A DNA stretch of 64,000 nt from Candidatus Multivoradales bacterium (GCA_965223855.1 CBDCXM010000002.1:32001-96000), one strand, 5' to 3'; positions 36,834 through 46,283 are shown, numbered from the stretch's first letter. Numbers and translations are program-made. The notes: a model not told the origin generated them from the sequence alone.

Positions 36834-37595
36834 ATGATCGAGCGAAGCGCGCTCGTGACCGGCGGCGCCAGACGGGTCGGGAAGGGCATCGCGGAGGCGC
36901 TGGCTCAGGCCGGCTACGACCTCTGGCTGCACTATCGCTCCTCGCGCCAGGCTGCCGAGAGTACGGCCGCCGAACTGGCGGCGCGCCACGGGGTCAACGT
37001 GCGAACCGTCGATGGCGACCTGGCGGATCCGGAAGCGGTGGAGTCGATCTTCGACCGCGTCGGAGCTCACAGTCCGGGACTCGACCTTCTCGTCAACAGC
37101 GCGGCGAGCTTTCATTCGACCGCGTTCGACGCGGTCGATGCGTCCGCCTGGGACCGTTCGCTCGCGCTCAACGCACGGGCTCCTCATCTATGCACCCGCG
37201 CTGCGCTGCCGCTCCTGAGAGCAGCGGCCGAGCGCGGTGGCTCGGCGGCCGTCGTCAGTATCGGCGACCTTTCGGGGGTTGTACCGTGGCGGGGATTCGT
37301 CGAACACGGCGTCGCCAAGGCGGCGCTCCTGCACTGGACGAAGATCGCGGCGCTCGAGCTGGCACCGCAGATTCGCGTCAACGCCGTCGTGCCCGGAGCC
37401 ATCCTGCCACCGCCCGGTGAGACGCCCGAGTCGGCCGAGTGGCGCTCGCGAGGCGAGGCCCTGCCGGTCGGCAGGTGCGGAGAGCCGCGAGACGTCGGCC
37501 GGGCGGTGCTCTATCTGGCGGAGGCGAGCTTCGTCACCGGTGAGATACTGGCGGTCGACGGGGGAGAGCACCTTCTGGGTAGCACGAAGCGATGA
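36834..37595 (+). CDS. SDR oxidoreductase, pteridine reductase / FolM-like
   Basis: ALVTGGARRVG, LHYRSS, LVNSA and RVNAVVPG. Adjacent to folB. Confidence 0.85.
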   Translation: MIERSALVTGGARRVGKGIAEALAQAGYDLWLHYRSSRQAAESTAAELAARHGVNVRTVDGDLADPEAVESIFDRVGAHSPGLDLLVNSAASFHSTAFDAVDASAWDRSLALNARAPHLCTRAALPLLRAAAERGGSAAVVSIGDLSGVVPWRGFVEHGVAKAALLHWTKIAALELAPQIRVNAVVPGAILPPPGETPESAEWRSRGEALPVGRCGEPRDVGRAVLYLAEASFVTGEILAVDGGEHLLGSTKR

Positions 37596-37625
37596 GCACG
37601 AAGCGATGAGCCAGAAGCGATGAGC
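37581..37625 (+). repeat. 14-bp tandem repeat (about 3.2 copies) at the folM-folB junction
   Basis: AGCACGAAGCGATG twice, then AGCCAGAAGCGATG, then AGC. Confidence 0.9.
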
Positions 37626-38030
37626 AAGACAGCCCGGAACGATTCGCGGGACCGCATTCTGATCAGGGACCTGCGGCTACGGGGCATCATCGGCATCAAC
37701 GACTGGGAGCGGGAGAAGCGGCAGGACATCCTCGTCAATCTGACGCTCTGGGGAGACTTCCGGGAGGCCGGCGCCAGCGACGCCATCGAGGAGACGCTCA
37801 ACTACCGAACGATCACCAAGGAGGTGATCGAGCACGTCGAGAACTCCTCGTACTTCCTGGTCGAGAAACTCGCGACCGAACTCGCCCGCATCTGCGTCGA
37901 GCATGGTGCGGAGCGGGTCGCCGTGCGGATCGAGAAGCCTGGTGCACTTCGATTCGCCGATTCGGTCGGTATCGAGATCGAGCGTCATCGAAAAGACTTC
38001 GAGCAGGGCTCGGAGGGGAATACGCAATGA
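37620..38030 (+). CDS. folB: Dihydroneopterin aldolase
   Basis: DRILIRDL…GIIG…ER…Q…LNY…LVEKLA…KPGA. Confidence 0.92.
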   Translation: MSKTARNDSRDRILIRDLRLRGIIGINDWEREKRQDILVNLTLWGDFREAGASDAIEETLNYRTITKEVIEHVENSSYFLVEKLATELARICVEHGAERVAVRIEKPGALRFADSVGIEIERHRKDFEQGSEGNTQ

Positions 38031-38365
38031 GCTCGATCCAGAGGTTGGAGTCGATCGAGGACCTCGATCGCTTCCTCGACGCCCCGACAGGGCGTTCGTT
38101 GTGGATCTTCAAGCACAGCCTCACCTGCGGCATCTCGACCGCGGCGTGGCGACCGTTCCAGCAGTTCGTCGAGGAGTCCACCGGCGGCGATGCCGCTTGG
38201 GCCGTGATCGAGATGCAGAGCGCGCGGCCGGTCTCGAACGCGGTCGCCGAACGGTTCGGCGTGCGGCACGAGTCGCCTCAGGCACTCCTGGTGAAGGACG
38301 GCGAGGTGCGCTGGCATGCGAGCCACTGGGACATCGATCACGACGCGCTGAGATCGGCGACGTGA
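38027..38365 (+). CDS. ytxJ: YtxJ/BrxC-like monothiol redoxin
   Basis: IFKHSLTCGIS, VRHESPQ and WHASH. Confidence 0.85.
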   Translation: MSSIQRLESIEDLDRFLDAPTGRSLWIFKHSLTCGISTAAWRPFQQFVEESTGGDAAWAVIEMQSARPVSNAVAERFGVRHESPQALLVKDGEVRWHASHWDIDHDALRSAT

Positions 38366-38552
38366 CCGCGGTGCCCGCCTGCTGTGCTACGCTTCCCGCG
38401 GTGCTTACCAGTTTCCAGGGTTTCCAAGAGCCGACGGCCTTCGCCGCGCGCTGCACGACCGTCCTGCAGTGAAGCAGTCGCCCGCTCGTCGCGCGTCATG
38501 AGGCGCGCCGTCCGCTCCAAGGTTCCCGCAGCTTCTCAGAAGGAGATGTACC

Positions 38553-39197
38553 ATCCCTAGAAGACGTCGTTGGCGGCCGGAGCCCGTCCAGAAGAAGGAC
38601 AAGTTCCGCATCAATCGCCAGATTCGAAAAAGTCCCGTTCGTCTGATCGACGAGGAGGGCACCCAGGTCGGCGTCATCGACTTGGAGAAGGCGCGTGAGC
38701 GTGCCGAAGAGGCGGGGCTCGACCTCGTCGAAGTGGGGCCCAACGCCGATCCGCCCGTCGTGAGGATTCTCGACTGGGGAAAGCTCAAGTACGAGCAGGA
38801 GAAGAAGGCCCGCGAGTCGCGCAAGAAGCAGCACACGATCGATGTGAAAGAGGTCAAGTACCGACCGAACATCGACGATCACGACTTCGAGATCAAGACG
38901 AATCGCGCGCGGCGGTTCCTGAAGTCCGGCAAGAAGGTCAAGTTCACGGTCTTCTTCCGCTATCGTCAGTTGCGGCGACCCGAGCTCGGCGACGAGGTTC
39001 TGAACCGCGTGACCGAGGAACTCGCGGAGATCGCCACCGTGGAGAGCCGGACCGGCATGGACGGCCGCCGTCTCGTGATGGTGCTGGCGCCGATCGAGAC
39101 GACCGGCACCAAGGAGTCCGACAAGCAGGCTCCGAAGCCACCGAAGAAGAGCAAGGCTCCCCGCAGCGACTCGCCTCCGGCTGAAGCGGCCGGCTGA
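38553..39197 (+). CDS. infC: Translation initiation factor IF-3 (ATC start)
   Basis: RINRQI…VRLID…GLDLVEV…VKEVK.RP.I..HD. AAGGAG lies 7 nt before an in-frame ATC at 38553. Confidence 0.93.
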   Translation: MPRRRRWRPEPVQKKDKFRINRQIRKSPVRLIDEEGTQVGVIDLEKARERAEEAGLDLVEVGPNADPPVVRILDWGKLKYEQEKKARESRKKQHTIDVKEVKYRPNIDDHDFEIKTNRARRFLKSGKKVKFTVFFRYRQLRRPELGDEVLNRVTEELAEIATVESRTGMDGRRLVMVLAPIETTGTKESDKQAPKPPKKSKAPRSDSPPAEAAG

Positions 39198-39203
39198 GGC
39201 GGG

Positions 39204-40244
39204 CTAGCGGTGGCGGGGCGGGAGGCGCTCCGACTCGATTCCGGCCGCTTCGTAGAGAGCCGCTCGGGTGTAGCTCTCGACCATCGCGGCTCGCCACTGG
39301 GCCTGAAAGTCGGTGTTGTCGAACGGGGTCGCCGGCTTGCGGGCCAGGCGGGCCGCCTCGTCGAGTGCCTCCGCTTCGAGTGTCTTCCCGACGAGAAACT
39401 CGGATGCCTTCTCGGCGAGGAGCGGCCGGGAGCTGACGGCGCCGAGGTAGATCGCCGCTTTCTCGATCACTCCGCCGGCGTCCGTCCACAGGGCGACCGA
39501 GCTCGACAGGACCGCGAAGTCGATCGAGCCGCGCCTCCTCAGCTTCCAGTAGGCGGTGTGGCAACGGTCGGAGGCCGAGTCTCGAGGAATCTCGATCGCC
39601 GTGACGATCTCGTCGTCACGCTTCGTCAGGTAGCGGATCCCGTCGTCGACGAAGAGCTCGGTCAGGGGGAGCTCGCGCTCTCCCTCGACGGAGGCCAACC
39701 GGACCCGGGCGTCGAGGGCGCACAGCATCGGTGCAGAGTCGGAGGCCGAGTGGGCGAGGCAGCGCTTGGAGCCCGGCGCCACCCAGCAGGTCTCCCCGCA
39801 CTCCTTGAGGCAGTAGTCGATCGCCCGCCGCCAGTCCTCGGTCTGGTTGTAGTAGGTACAGCGGGTATCGACACAGACGTTGCCGCCCAGCGTTCCCATG
39901 TGTCGCAGCGGCGGAGACGAGATCGAGCGCACAGCCCGCGCCAGCGCCGGATAGCGCTCGACGACCGCCGGGTCGGTCGCCACCTCGTGGAGAGAGAGAG
40001 TGGCACCGAGCGACAGGTCGCCGTCGCCGTTGCCGACGGAGCCGCTGGCGACCTGGCGCAGCTCCGGCAAGCGCATCAGGCTGATGACGTCGTCGGCCTG
40101 CTGGTGCCGGCGCTTCATGTTGGGCCACAGGTCCGTGCCGCCGGCGACGACGCGAGTGCTGCCGGCGCCGCCGTCGGCGAGGACGCTCGCCGCCTCCTCG
40201 ATCGAGGTCGGCATGTGGAAACGAAACGGCGGCAGGCGCAGCAT
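39204..40244 (-). CDS. Xanthine-dehydrogenase-family FAD subunit with 4Fe-4S insertion (HcrB-like)
   Basis: AGGTDLWPNMK, MGTLGGNVC, RCTYYNQ…CLK…C…C and RRGSIDF. Confidence 0.88.
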   Translation of the reverse strand: MLRLPPFRFHMPTSIEEAASVLADGGAGSTRVVAGGTDLWPNMKRRHQQADDVISLMRLPELRQVASGSVGNGDGDLSLGATLSLHEVATDPAVVERYPALARAVRSISSPPLRHMGTLGGNVCVDTRCTYYNQTEDWRRAIDYCLKECGETCWVAPGSKRCLAHSASDSAPMLCALDARVRLASVEGERELPLTELFVDDGIRYLTKRDDEIVTAIEIPRDSASDRCHTAYWKLRRRGSIDFAVLSSSVALWTDAGGVIEKAAIYLGAVSSRPLLAEKASEFLVGKTLEAEALDEAARLARKPATPFDNTDFQAQWRAAMVESYTRAALYEAAGIESERLPPRHR

Positions 40245-42793
40245 CAGCGGGTCGTCAGGTCGCCGTCGCGAAGCGCGGTATCGCGTTCGCTCATGGTGCC
40301 GGTAGCGCCGCGCATGCCGCTGCGCAGCTTGTGCTTGAAGTCGTCGATCGCGCGGCCGTCACCCCCTTCGGCGGGAGTGGGAACGACGAGCGTCTCGCCG
40401 AAATCAACCTGAGGAAAGGCGCGCGGCCCGAAGCGGGCCTCGCCTGAGCGGTCGCGGGCGCGCAGGCCGGCGAGGATCATGTGGGGGTGGATCGGCACCT
40501 GGTCGACTCGGACTCCGACCGCGTCGTAGATCGAGTTCGCTAGTGCCGGCATCACCGGGAGCAATGGCCCCTGGCCGACCTCCTTGGCGCCGAACGGACC
40601 CTCCGGATCGGGATCCTCGATGATGTAGCTGGTAACGGGAGGCATGTCCTCGAAGGTCGGGCTCTTGTACTCGAGGATCGACGGCATCTTGTGCACGAGG
40701 GCGCCGGAGCGCTGCTTCGGCAGACGTCGGAAGGCCTGCTCTTCCATCATCGCCTCTCCCAGCCCCATGTAGACGCCACCCTCGATCTGCCCCATCACCA
40801 GCACCGGGTTGATGCACTTGCCGACGTCGTGGGCAAGCCAGACGTGGACCGGCCGGTAGAGCCCGGTTTCCATGTCGACCTCGGTTTCGATGACCGCGGC
40901 GGAGTAGGAGTAGGCGGGCGACGGTCCGACTCCGGCGCCGCGGTACTTGCCGGGCGAACGGGGCGGGATGTAGCTGCCGACGAATCCGAGGGTGCCGTGC
41001 GCCGCCTCCGCGGCGATGCAGGCGTCGGCGAAGTCGAGGCCGTTGTCGGTGTCGGCGGCGTCGAACACCCGTCTCTCGGCGAACACCAGCCGGTCGGGGG
41101 GTACCTCGAGTCTCTGCCCGACCGCCTTCGCGATGACGTCCCGTGCTCGCTCCGCCGCCTGAAGGGCGGCGTTGCCGACCATCAGCGTGACGCGGGACGA
41201 GTAGCTTCCGAGATCGACCGGTGTGAGGTCGGTGTCGGCGACGCAGAGGCGAAGGTCGCCCAACTCGACGCCGAGCAGCTCGGCGACGACCGCCGCCAGC
41301 ACGGAGTCCGAGCCCTGGCCGATCTCCGCCTCGCCGCAGAAGACCGCGACCCGGCCGGATCGATCGAGCTGCAACTGCACTCCCGACTGCGGCATGTGAT
41401 TCCAGTAGATCGGCAGGCCGGCGCCGCAGAGGTAGGAGCCGCAGGCGAGGCCGAGGCCGCGGCCTGGGGGCAGCTTGCCGTAACGCTCCTTCCACCCGGA
41501 TCCTTCGACGACCGCCTCGATGCAGGCGCCGAGGCCCATCGAGCCGATCCGAAGCCAGTTGGCCGTGACGGTGTCCGGCTCGGCGAGGTTGCGCAGCCGC
41601 AGCTCGGCCGGGTCGATGCCGAGCTTCTCGGCCGCCTTGTCGAGGTGGATCTCGAAGGCGAAGCGCGGCTGAGGCGTGCCGTGGCCCCGCTTCGGGCCGC
41701 ACGGCGGCTTGTTGGTGAAGACCCGCACTCCGTCGAAGCGGTAGGCCGGAAGGTCGTAGGTGACGGTCTGAAGCGCGCCGGTGTAGTAGGTCGAGGCGAC
41801 TCCGTAGCTGCCGTAGGCTCCGCCGTCGAGCCCGGTCTTGAGGTGCTGCGCGAGCAGGCGACCGTCGGACGAGAAGCCGGAGCGCACCGACATGAGGACC
41901 GGGTGTCGGCCCCGATGGCAGTAGAAGACCTCCTCGCGGGTGAGCGTCACCTTGACCGGGCGGCCGAGATCGAGCGCCATCCGAGCGGCGACCACCTCGT
42001 GGTTGAACGGGTCGCTCTTGCCGCCGAAGCCGCCGCCGTTGGAGCAGGCGACGACCCGAATCCTCGAAGCGGGAATGTCGAGCACCCTGGCGAGTGCACG
42101 GTGCACGTAGTGCGGCGTCTGAGTCGAGGAGTAGAGGGTCACCCGGTCGTCGTCTTCCGGCACCGCGACCGCCGAGTGCTGCTCCATCGGCAGGTGGGTG
42201 TTGCCCTCGTAGAAGACCGTGTCTTCGAGCACCAGGTCGGCCGCGTCGAGGCCTGCCTCGACATCACCGAACCTCATCGACACCCGCTTGTGAACGTTGC
42301 CGCCGTCGCCGTAGTCGTGAATCCTCGGCTCGTCGGTCTCGAGCGCCTCCTCGAGCGAGGCGATCGTCTCGAGAGGGCGGTACTTGACCCGGACCTTCCA
42401 CGCCGCCTCGTAGGCGGCGTCCTCGGTGAGTGCTGCCACCGCAGCGACCGGGTCGCCGACGAATCGCACCTTGTCGGGGCACAGGGCGTGCTCGTCCTGC
42501 GACACCGGCAGGATGCCGAAGGTCTCGGGCATGTCCCTGCCGGTCAGGAAGCCGAGGACACCCTCGACCTTCTCGGCTTCGGAGAAGTCGATCGACTCGA
42601 TCTCGGCATGCGGGACGGTCGAGCGCACCAGGCGCAGGTGGCACATCCTCGGGAAGACGAGGTCGTCGGCGAAGAGCGTCGTGCCGGTGACCTTCGCCCG
42701 CCCGTCGACACGCCGGAACGGCTTGCCGACGATGTTCGAGGCCTCCCGGACCGGGGGCCGCTCGGGAGCGTCCCTGCGAACGGGTTCGGCCAC
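40244..42793 (-). CDS. Molybdopterin-binding subunit, 4-hydroxybenzoyl-CoA reductase alpha-like (HcrA-like)
   Basis: GGGFGGK, RGHG, IGQGS, GSYSSRVT, IEGG and GPFGAKE. Confidence 0.88.
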   Translation of the reverse strand: MAEPVRRDAPERPPVREASNIVGKPFRRVDGRAKVTGTTLFADDLVFPRMCHLRLVRSTVPHAEIESIDFSEAEKVEGVLGFLTGRDMPETFGILPVSQDEHALCPDKVRFVGDPVAAVAALTEDAAYEAAWKVRVKYRPLETIASLEEALETDEPRIHDYGDGGNVHKRVSMRFGDVEAGLDAADLVLEDTVFYEGNTHLPMEQHSAVAVPEDDDRVTLYSSTQTPHYVHRALARVLDIPASRIRVVACSNGGGFGGKSDPFNHEVVAARMALDLGRPVKVTLTREEVFYCHRGRHPVLMSVRSGFSSDGRLLAQHLKTGLDGGAYGSYGVASTYYTGALQTVTYDLPAYRFDGVRVFTNKPPCGPKRGHGTPQPRFAFEIHLDKAAEKLGIDPAELRLRNLAEPDTVTANWLRIGSMGLGACIEAVVEGSGWKERYGKLPPGRGLGLACGSYLCGAGLPIYWNHMPQSGVQLQLDRSGRVAVFCGEAEIGQGSDSVLAAVVAELLGVELGDLRLCVADTDLTPVDLGSYSSRVTLMVGNAALQAAERARDVIAKAVGQRLEVPPDRLVFAERRVFDAADTDNGLDFADACIAAEAAHGTLGFVGSYIPPRSPGKYRGAGVGPSPAYSYSAAVIETEVDMETGLYRPVHVWLAHDVGKCINPVLVMGQIEGGVYMGLGEAMMEEQAFRRLPKQRSGALVHKMPSILEYKSPTFEDMPPVTSYIIEDPDPEGPFGAKEVGQGPLLPVMPALANSIYDAVGVRVDQVPIHPHMILAGLRARDRSGEARFGPRAFPQVDFGETLVVPTPAEGGDGRAIDDFKHKLRSGMRGATGTMSERDTALRDGDLTTR

Positions 42794-42832
42794 GTCAGCG
42801 GACCTCCGCGTTGGGACTTTCGTCGCCCGATC

Positions 42833-43372
42833 TCATCCGTCGTCCCCCGGCGGCGGAGATCCGTAGAGAACCTCCCGCGACGGCTCCCAATCCTCTCCGC
42901 GGGCCAGTGCGGCGGCGCCCTCCACCGCCTCGACGATCTTGTGGTAGCCGGTGCAGCGGCACAGATTGCCGCCGAGCGCCTCGTTGATCTCCTCGCGTTC
43001 GGGATCCGGGTTTTCGGCCAGGAGAGCCTTGGCGGTCATCAGGATGCCGGGAGTGCAGTAGCCGCATTGGGCGGCGCCGAGGTCGGCGAAGGTTTCCTGG
43101 AGCGGGTGGAGGCGGTTGCCGTCGGTGAGCCCTTCGACCGTCTCGATCTCGCGCCCTTCGAGCTCCGCTGCGAGCGCGAGGCAGGAGAGGATCGGCCGCC
43201 CGTCGACGAGCACGGCGCAGGTGCCGCATTCGCCCAGTTCGCAGCCGTGCTTGGTTCCGGTGAGGCCGCATTCCTCCCGCAGAACTTCGAGCAGGGTGTG
43301 GTGGGTGGGCGCCAGCACGCGGTGACGCTCGCCGTTGACGACCAGTTCGAGCTGGAGGACGGGTGGACTCAT
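42833..43372 (-). CDS. 2x[2Fe-2S] subunit (HcrC-like)
   Basis: [10 protein letters not shown]…SC, QCGYC and NLCRCTGY. Confidence 0.92.
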   Translation of the reverse strand: MSPPVLQLELVVNGERHRVLAPTHHTLLEVLREECGLTGTKHGCELGECGTCAVLVDGRPILSCLALAAELEGREIETVEGLTDGNRLHPLQETFADLGAAQCGYCTPGILMTAKALLAENPDPEREEINEALGGNLCRCTGYHKIVEAVEGAAALARGEDWEPSREVLYGSPPPGDDG

Positions 43373-43507
43373 CGTGGGTGCGGCGCGTTGCCTGGTGCGG
43401 CGCGGTGCTGGGCCGTGACGGGCGCGATCTTACACTCGCCCGCGACCGCCCGTCCGGTTCGCCTCGCGCGCCTCCGCTGCCCTCCGGGGCCTATCCTGGC
43501 AGGGGCG

Positions 43508-44275
43508 TCAGGGCTGGAAGAGCGCCGTCAGCTCCGCGTCGTCCGGATCGGTGGAGAGACTCACCTCGGGGAAGAAGATCCTCACCGCCGGCCCTTCGCC
43601 GGCACGGACCTTCGAGTGCGAAAGCTTCACCCCGGGGGCGTGCTCGGTCCACTCGGTCCACTCCCAGATCGTCGGCTCTCCCTCCCCGGCGGCCCCGTCC
43701 TCGGCCTGGAGCACGTAGGCCCAGCGGTCCATCAGACCGTTCTCCCGATCGACGTAGCCGTAGTAGCGATCCCCCGAGGTCAGGCCGGTGCCGTCATCGA
43801 AGGTCAACTCGACCACGTCGTGCCCGTCGTCCGCGGCGGAAGCCGTTGCGAGATGGACACCGGGGTCCTGCCACTTGAAGGGCATCAGCAGCCAGTAGCT
43901 GTCGTTGATGAAGCGACCGTACGCCTGCTCGAGCGCCCCCTCGAGCGCCTCGCCCGAGAGCTCCTCGTCACCGAGCCAGGCAGCACCCTGTCTGGTACCG
44001 ATGTTGAACATCGCCAGCGTCGGTGCTCCGCTCTCGCGATCGACACCCTCCACACGGTAGTCGCCGGTCCAGCGGTCCCAGGCGTGTCGAACCTCGACGA
44101 CCACCTCACCGTCCCGCTCGACCGCCCAGGTGAACTCGAGAAGGCGGACCTTCTCGAACGCCTCGGCGCCGATCGCCATCTCGAGTCTGCGCGCTGTCTC
44201 GGCGGCGCCGTCGTCGGCCGCAAGCGGAACGGCGAGAAGCAGTGTCAGGGCAAGGGCGGACAGAGATCGATTCAT
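43508..44275 (-). CDS. Secreted hypothetical protein
   Basis: Signal peptide and RHAWDR…FINDSYWLLMPFKWQDPG. Confidence 0.75.
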   Translation of the reverse strand: MNRSLSALALTLLLAVPLAADDGAAETARRLEMAIGAEAFEKVRLLEFTWAVERDGEVVVEVRHAWDRWTGDYRVEGVDRESGAPTLAMFNIGTRQGAAWLGDEELSGEALEGALEQAYGRFINDSYWLLMPFKWQDPGVHLATASAADDGHDVVELTFDDGTGLTSGDRYYGYVDRENGLMDRWAYVLQAEDGAAGEGEPTIWEWTEWTEHAPGVKLSHSKVRAGEGPAVRIFFPEVSLSTDPDDAELTALFQP

Positions 44276-44276
44276 T

Positions 44277-46154
44277 TCAGGGGCTCCACTGTGAACCGGG
44301 CGGGCGGAAGTAGACGGTCAGCAGGGCTTCACCCGCTCCGTCGTCCTGACGCACGGCGAGCGCGTGAACGATGGTCGCGGCGGCGCCCCGCGCGATGCGG
44401 GGCGGGCCGAGAAAGGACACTGCATCGCCGTCGCACGGACGGTCGGGCAGGCAGGGTTCGCGGCCGGAGGAGTCTTCGTACTCGAACTGAAAGCCGACGA
44501 AGCGCGCTCCCTTGGGAAGAACCACTCCCAGGGGGGCACAACCGAGCGCCCGAGCCTTCTCGAGGTCGGCCGTCAGGCCGGACTCGCCTCCACCGGAGAC
44601 GCGGCGCAGCACCCCATCGTCGCCGCCGACGCGGCCGACAAGAGCGGAGAGCTCCACCGCGCCTTCGTCGGCGAGCTCGGCAAGCCCGGAGACCAGGCCG
44701 TCGGCCGTGCCCGCCGGGCAGGCGCCGCGCGACAGCGGTGTGCGGACCGTGACCGCCCACTCACCGGGTCGGCATTCGGGGCAGGTCCGCTTCGAGGCGG
44801 CTCGCCATTCGGCCGGCGGGAGCGGGTGATCGGCGACGGCAGCCGTCGCCGGGGGTGCCGCCTCGGGCTGCGGGGGGGCGACCGGCCGAGGCTCGACGGC
44901 CGGCTGGGGCTCGACGGCCGGCTCCGGCACCGGTGCCGCTTCCTCGGCGGCAGGGGGTGTCGGCGCCGCCGCTTCGGCCATCTCGGCGGTCGGCAGCTCG
45001 GTTTCGGCCGGTCCGGAACTCGGCAACTCGGTTTCCGGCAACTCGGTTTCCGGCAGCTCGGGCTTCGGCAGCTCGGTTTCCGGCATCTCCGGCTCGGGCA
45101 TTTCCGGCTCCGGCAGCCCGGCTTCGGGAACCGTCGGCTCGGGTACCCGCGGTTCCGGGAGGTCGCTCTCCGGCACCGCGACCGCCGCGGGCGTTTCGAG
45201 CGGAGGCGTTACTGCTGCGCTCGGCGCTTCTTCGGCGGGTGGTGCTTCCGGGCTGGCTGTCTCGGAACTGGCAGTCTCGGAACTGGCAGTCTCCGAGCTG
45301 GCAGTCCCCGGCCCGGGAGGTTCCGGCGTCGCCGGCTCGGGCATCGACGGCATCTTCGCCTCGATGCTCTCTGACGTAGGAGGCGGAGCGACGGGCACGG
45401 CGACTTCTTTGACCGTCGACTCCTCGGCCGCTTCGGTGGCCTGCTCCTGCTGCGGCTCGGTGGTCGTGACCGGGGGCGTTGTCGGCGCGGTAGCCGGTGT
45501 CGGTCCCGGCTCCGTCACTCCGGCCGGCGACTCCGGATCTCCGGTCGCCACCGGCTCGCTCGCGGCCACGGCTGCCGCATCAGGAGTGGCTGCCGCCCGA
45601 TCCTCGATCGTGGCCTCACCAGTCGCCGTTTCGGCGGCAGGCTGCTCCGCTTCGGGCTGCGCTGGAGGGGGCGGAGTTTCGGCGACCTGCGGCGGCAGCG
45701 GTGGCGAGGGCCGCCCGCCACGTGCCCGCGACAGCTTGACCTGGATCGGCACCGAGGCGCCCGTTCCCGCCTCGAGGAACGAGGCGGTGATGGCCGGTTT
45801 GGCCTTCGTGTCGAGGCGGGCCACGGCGACGAACGACATGAAGTCGGGGTGACGCACCTCGATCTGCCAGGTTCCTGGCGCCAGACCCAGCACCACCGCC
45901 GTTCCCCTGGAATCGGTGGCCACCGCCGCGGGCCCGCCGCCGTCCCGGCCGTCGCGATACTTCAGCTCGACTCTGGCGCCGGAGACGGCCCCCCCTCTCC
46001 GGCTCGAGACCTTGATCTCGAGACCGGTGGAACCCTGCCATGGCTGGGCGTCCAGACCCAGTGCGACAAGGCTCAGAACTGCGGCCGTCAGCCATCGACG
46101 GGCGTTGCTCGGCCACCCTGGCCACCTGGTTGGGCAGTTCCCTGGCTTCATCAT
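44277..46154 (-). CDS. Secreted protein with carboxypeptidase-regulatory-like domain, long Pro/Glu/Ala-rich linker and Cys-containing C-terminal domain
   Basis: GARV…TDSRG…GLAPGTWQIEV.HPDF and a low-complexity middle region. Start is approximate. Confidence 0.7.
   Translation of the reverse strand: MMKPGNCPTRWPGWPSNARRWLTAAVLSLVALGLDAQPWQGSTGLEIKVSSRRGGAVSGARVELKYRDGRDGGGPAAVATDSRGTAVVLGLAPGTWQIEVRHPDFMSFVAVARLDTKAKPAITASFLEAGTGASVPIQVKLSRARGGRPSPPLPPQVAETPPPPAQPEAEQPAAETATGEATIEDRAAATPDAAAVAASEPVATGDPESPAGVTEPGPTPATAPTTPPVTTTEPQQEQATEAAEESTVKEVAVPVAPPPTSESIEAKMPSMPEPATPEPPGPGTASSETASSETASSETASPEAPPAEEAPSAAVTPPLETPAAVAVPESDLPEPRVPEPTVPEAGLPEPEMPEPEMPETELPKPELPETELPETELPSSGPAETELPTAEMAEAAAPTPPAAEEAAPVPEPAVEPQPAVEPRPVAPPQPEAAPPATAAVADHPLPPAEWRAASKRTCPECRPGEWAVTVRTPLSRGACPAGTADGLVSGLAELADEGAVELSALVGRVGGDDGVLRRVSGGGESGLTADLEKARALGCAPLGVVLPKGARFVGFQFEYEDSSGREPCLPDRPCDGDAVSFLGPPRIARGAAATIVHALAVRQDDGAGEALLTVYFRPPGSQWSP
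44990..45305 (-). repeat. Coding 15-bp tandem repeats (PEPE/PETEL pentapeptides; SSETA about 3 copies)
   Basis: Repeated CTCGGTTTCCGGCAA/G and CTCGGAACTGGCAGT units. Confidence 0.8.
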
Positions 46155-46283
46155 CCGCGTCTCCGGGTTTCGGGGAAGATCGTCAGTGTACCCCGCCACG
46201 GGGAGTCGTGATCGGTGGGTTATACTCGCTGCTGCCGTATCCCGCCGCGGGCGCCTTCCGCGCCGCTTTTCACAAGGAGTTCC

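Noticed and set aside
40691-44752. 1353-aa + strand ORF and many other long antisense ORFs in the track
   Set aside because: They are shadows of real opposite-strand genes in high-GC DNA and have no recognisable motifs.
44990-45305. Repeat array as a possible CRISPR
   Set aside because: These are contiguous in-frame 15-bp coding repeats without spacers, and no cas genes are present.
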